Positions 63,601 to 64,000 of a DNA stretch of 64,000 nucleotides are shown one piece after another. Location of the stretch: contig OY759746.1 in assembly GCA_963662795.1 (NCBI GenBank), positions 288,001-352,000 on the forward strand, written 5' to 3'. Positions within the stretch are counted from its first letter, which is position 1. The number at the start of each line of letters is the position of its first letter. The position numbers and the translations under genes were made by a program. Source of the stretch: Spirochaetia bacterium (GTDB lineage Bacteria; Spirochaetota; Spirochaetia; CADAEX01). The notes under the pieces were generated by a model. The model saw only the letters and a list, made by a program, of their open reading frames with translations. It ran no database searches and had not been told where the DNA came from.

Positions 63601-64000
63601 CAAATGGCTTAAGGAAAACACATATCACCACTCAGCCTTCGCGAATATTGCGGACCTTGTAAAGGAAAAGAAGAAAAAGGGATATAAAATTTCACTGTGC
63701 ATCCCTACCCTTAACGAAGAAAAGACTATAGGGAAAGAGATTATCATATTCAAGTCCGAACTGATGAACAGGGTGCCTCTTGTCGATGAGATTGCCGTTA
63801 TTGATTCCGGGTCCACAGACAAGACAAGGGAAATCGCCTCGGAATACGGGGCTGACGTATATCTTTCAAACGAGATACTTCCCGGAATAGAAAGCAAAAA
63901 GGGAAAGGGAGAGAACCTGTGGAAGGCAATATATCAGCTTGACGGAGATATTATTGTATACATAGACGCCGATATAAAGAACATCCACCCGAGGTTCGTA
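63590..64000 (+). CDS. gpgS: Glucosyl-3-phosphoglycerate synthase (5' part; runs off the window)
   Basis: Not in the ORF track. MNPDKWL...ISLCIPTLNEEKTIG...VDEIAVIDSGSTD...GKGENLWKA...IVYIDADI; GGGAGG SD; overlaps the upstream stop. Confidence 0.8.
   Translation, partial: MNPDKWLKENTYHHSAFANIADLVKEKKKKGYKISLCIPTLNEEKTIGKEIIIFKSELMNRVPLVDEIAVIDSGSTDKTREIASEYGADVYLSNEILPGIESKKGKGENLWKAIYQLDGDIIVYIDADIKNIHPRFV

Overview
Bacterial chromosomal window, almost certainly from a free-living anaerobic or facultative spirochete. The evidence for this is a FlcA-like flagellar collar gene divergent from a glycogen-binding-domain gene, an OmpA/FlgD-Ig repeat protein, and groL without groS. Most of the window is housekeeping: leuB, the nrdR-nrdD-nrdG operon, ispH, a TetR-MFP-AcrB-TolC efflux operon, glyA, metH, yajC-secD-secF, groL, mnmA-birA, argR-C-B-D-G-A, pgi, manC, ilvE, galE and the 5' part of gpgS. 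The left ~3.2 kb is a visibly AT-rich accessory segment (GntR, M29-like metallohydrolase, aminotransferase). The strongest finding is a naturally split class III ribonucleotide reductase. The large NrdD ends after its Zn site with a coiled-coil tail. The glycyl-radical loop (RIVGYYR) is on a separate, translationally coupled 175-aa protein that has its own coiled-coil and is fused to a CPNC thioredoxin/glutaredoxin-like domain. Other notable signals are a candidate anti-Shine-Dalgarno sRNA downstream of pgi, an M20 pseudo-peptidase coupled to gpgS, a galE with no canonical start codon, an archaeal-type ACT/DUF5612 protein, and one palindrome shared by the nrdR and argR operons. No tRNA, rRNA, CRISPR array or transposase was recognised. 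All family assignments come from motif recognition by eye, not from database searches.
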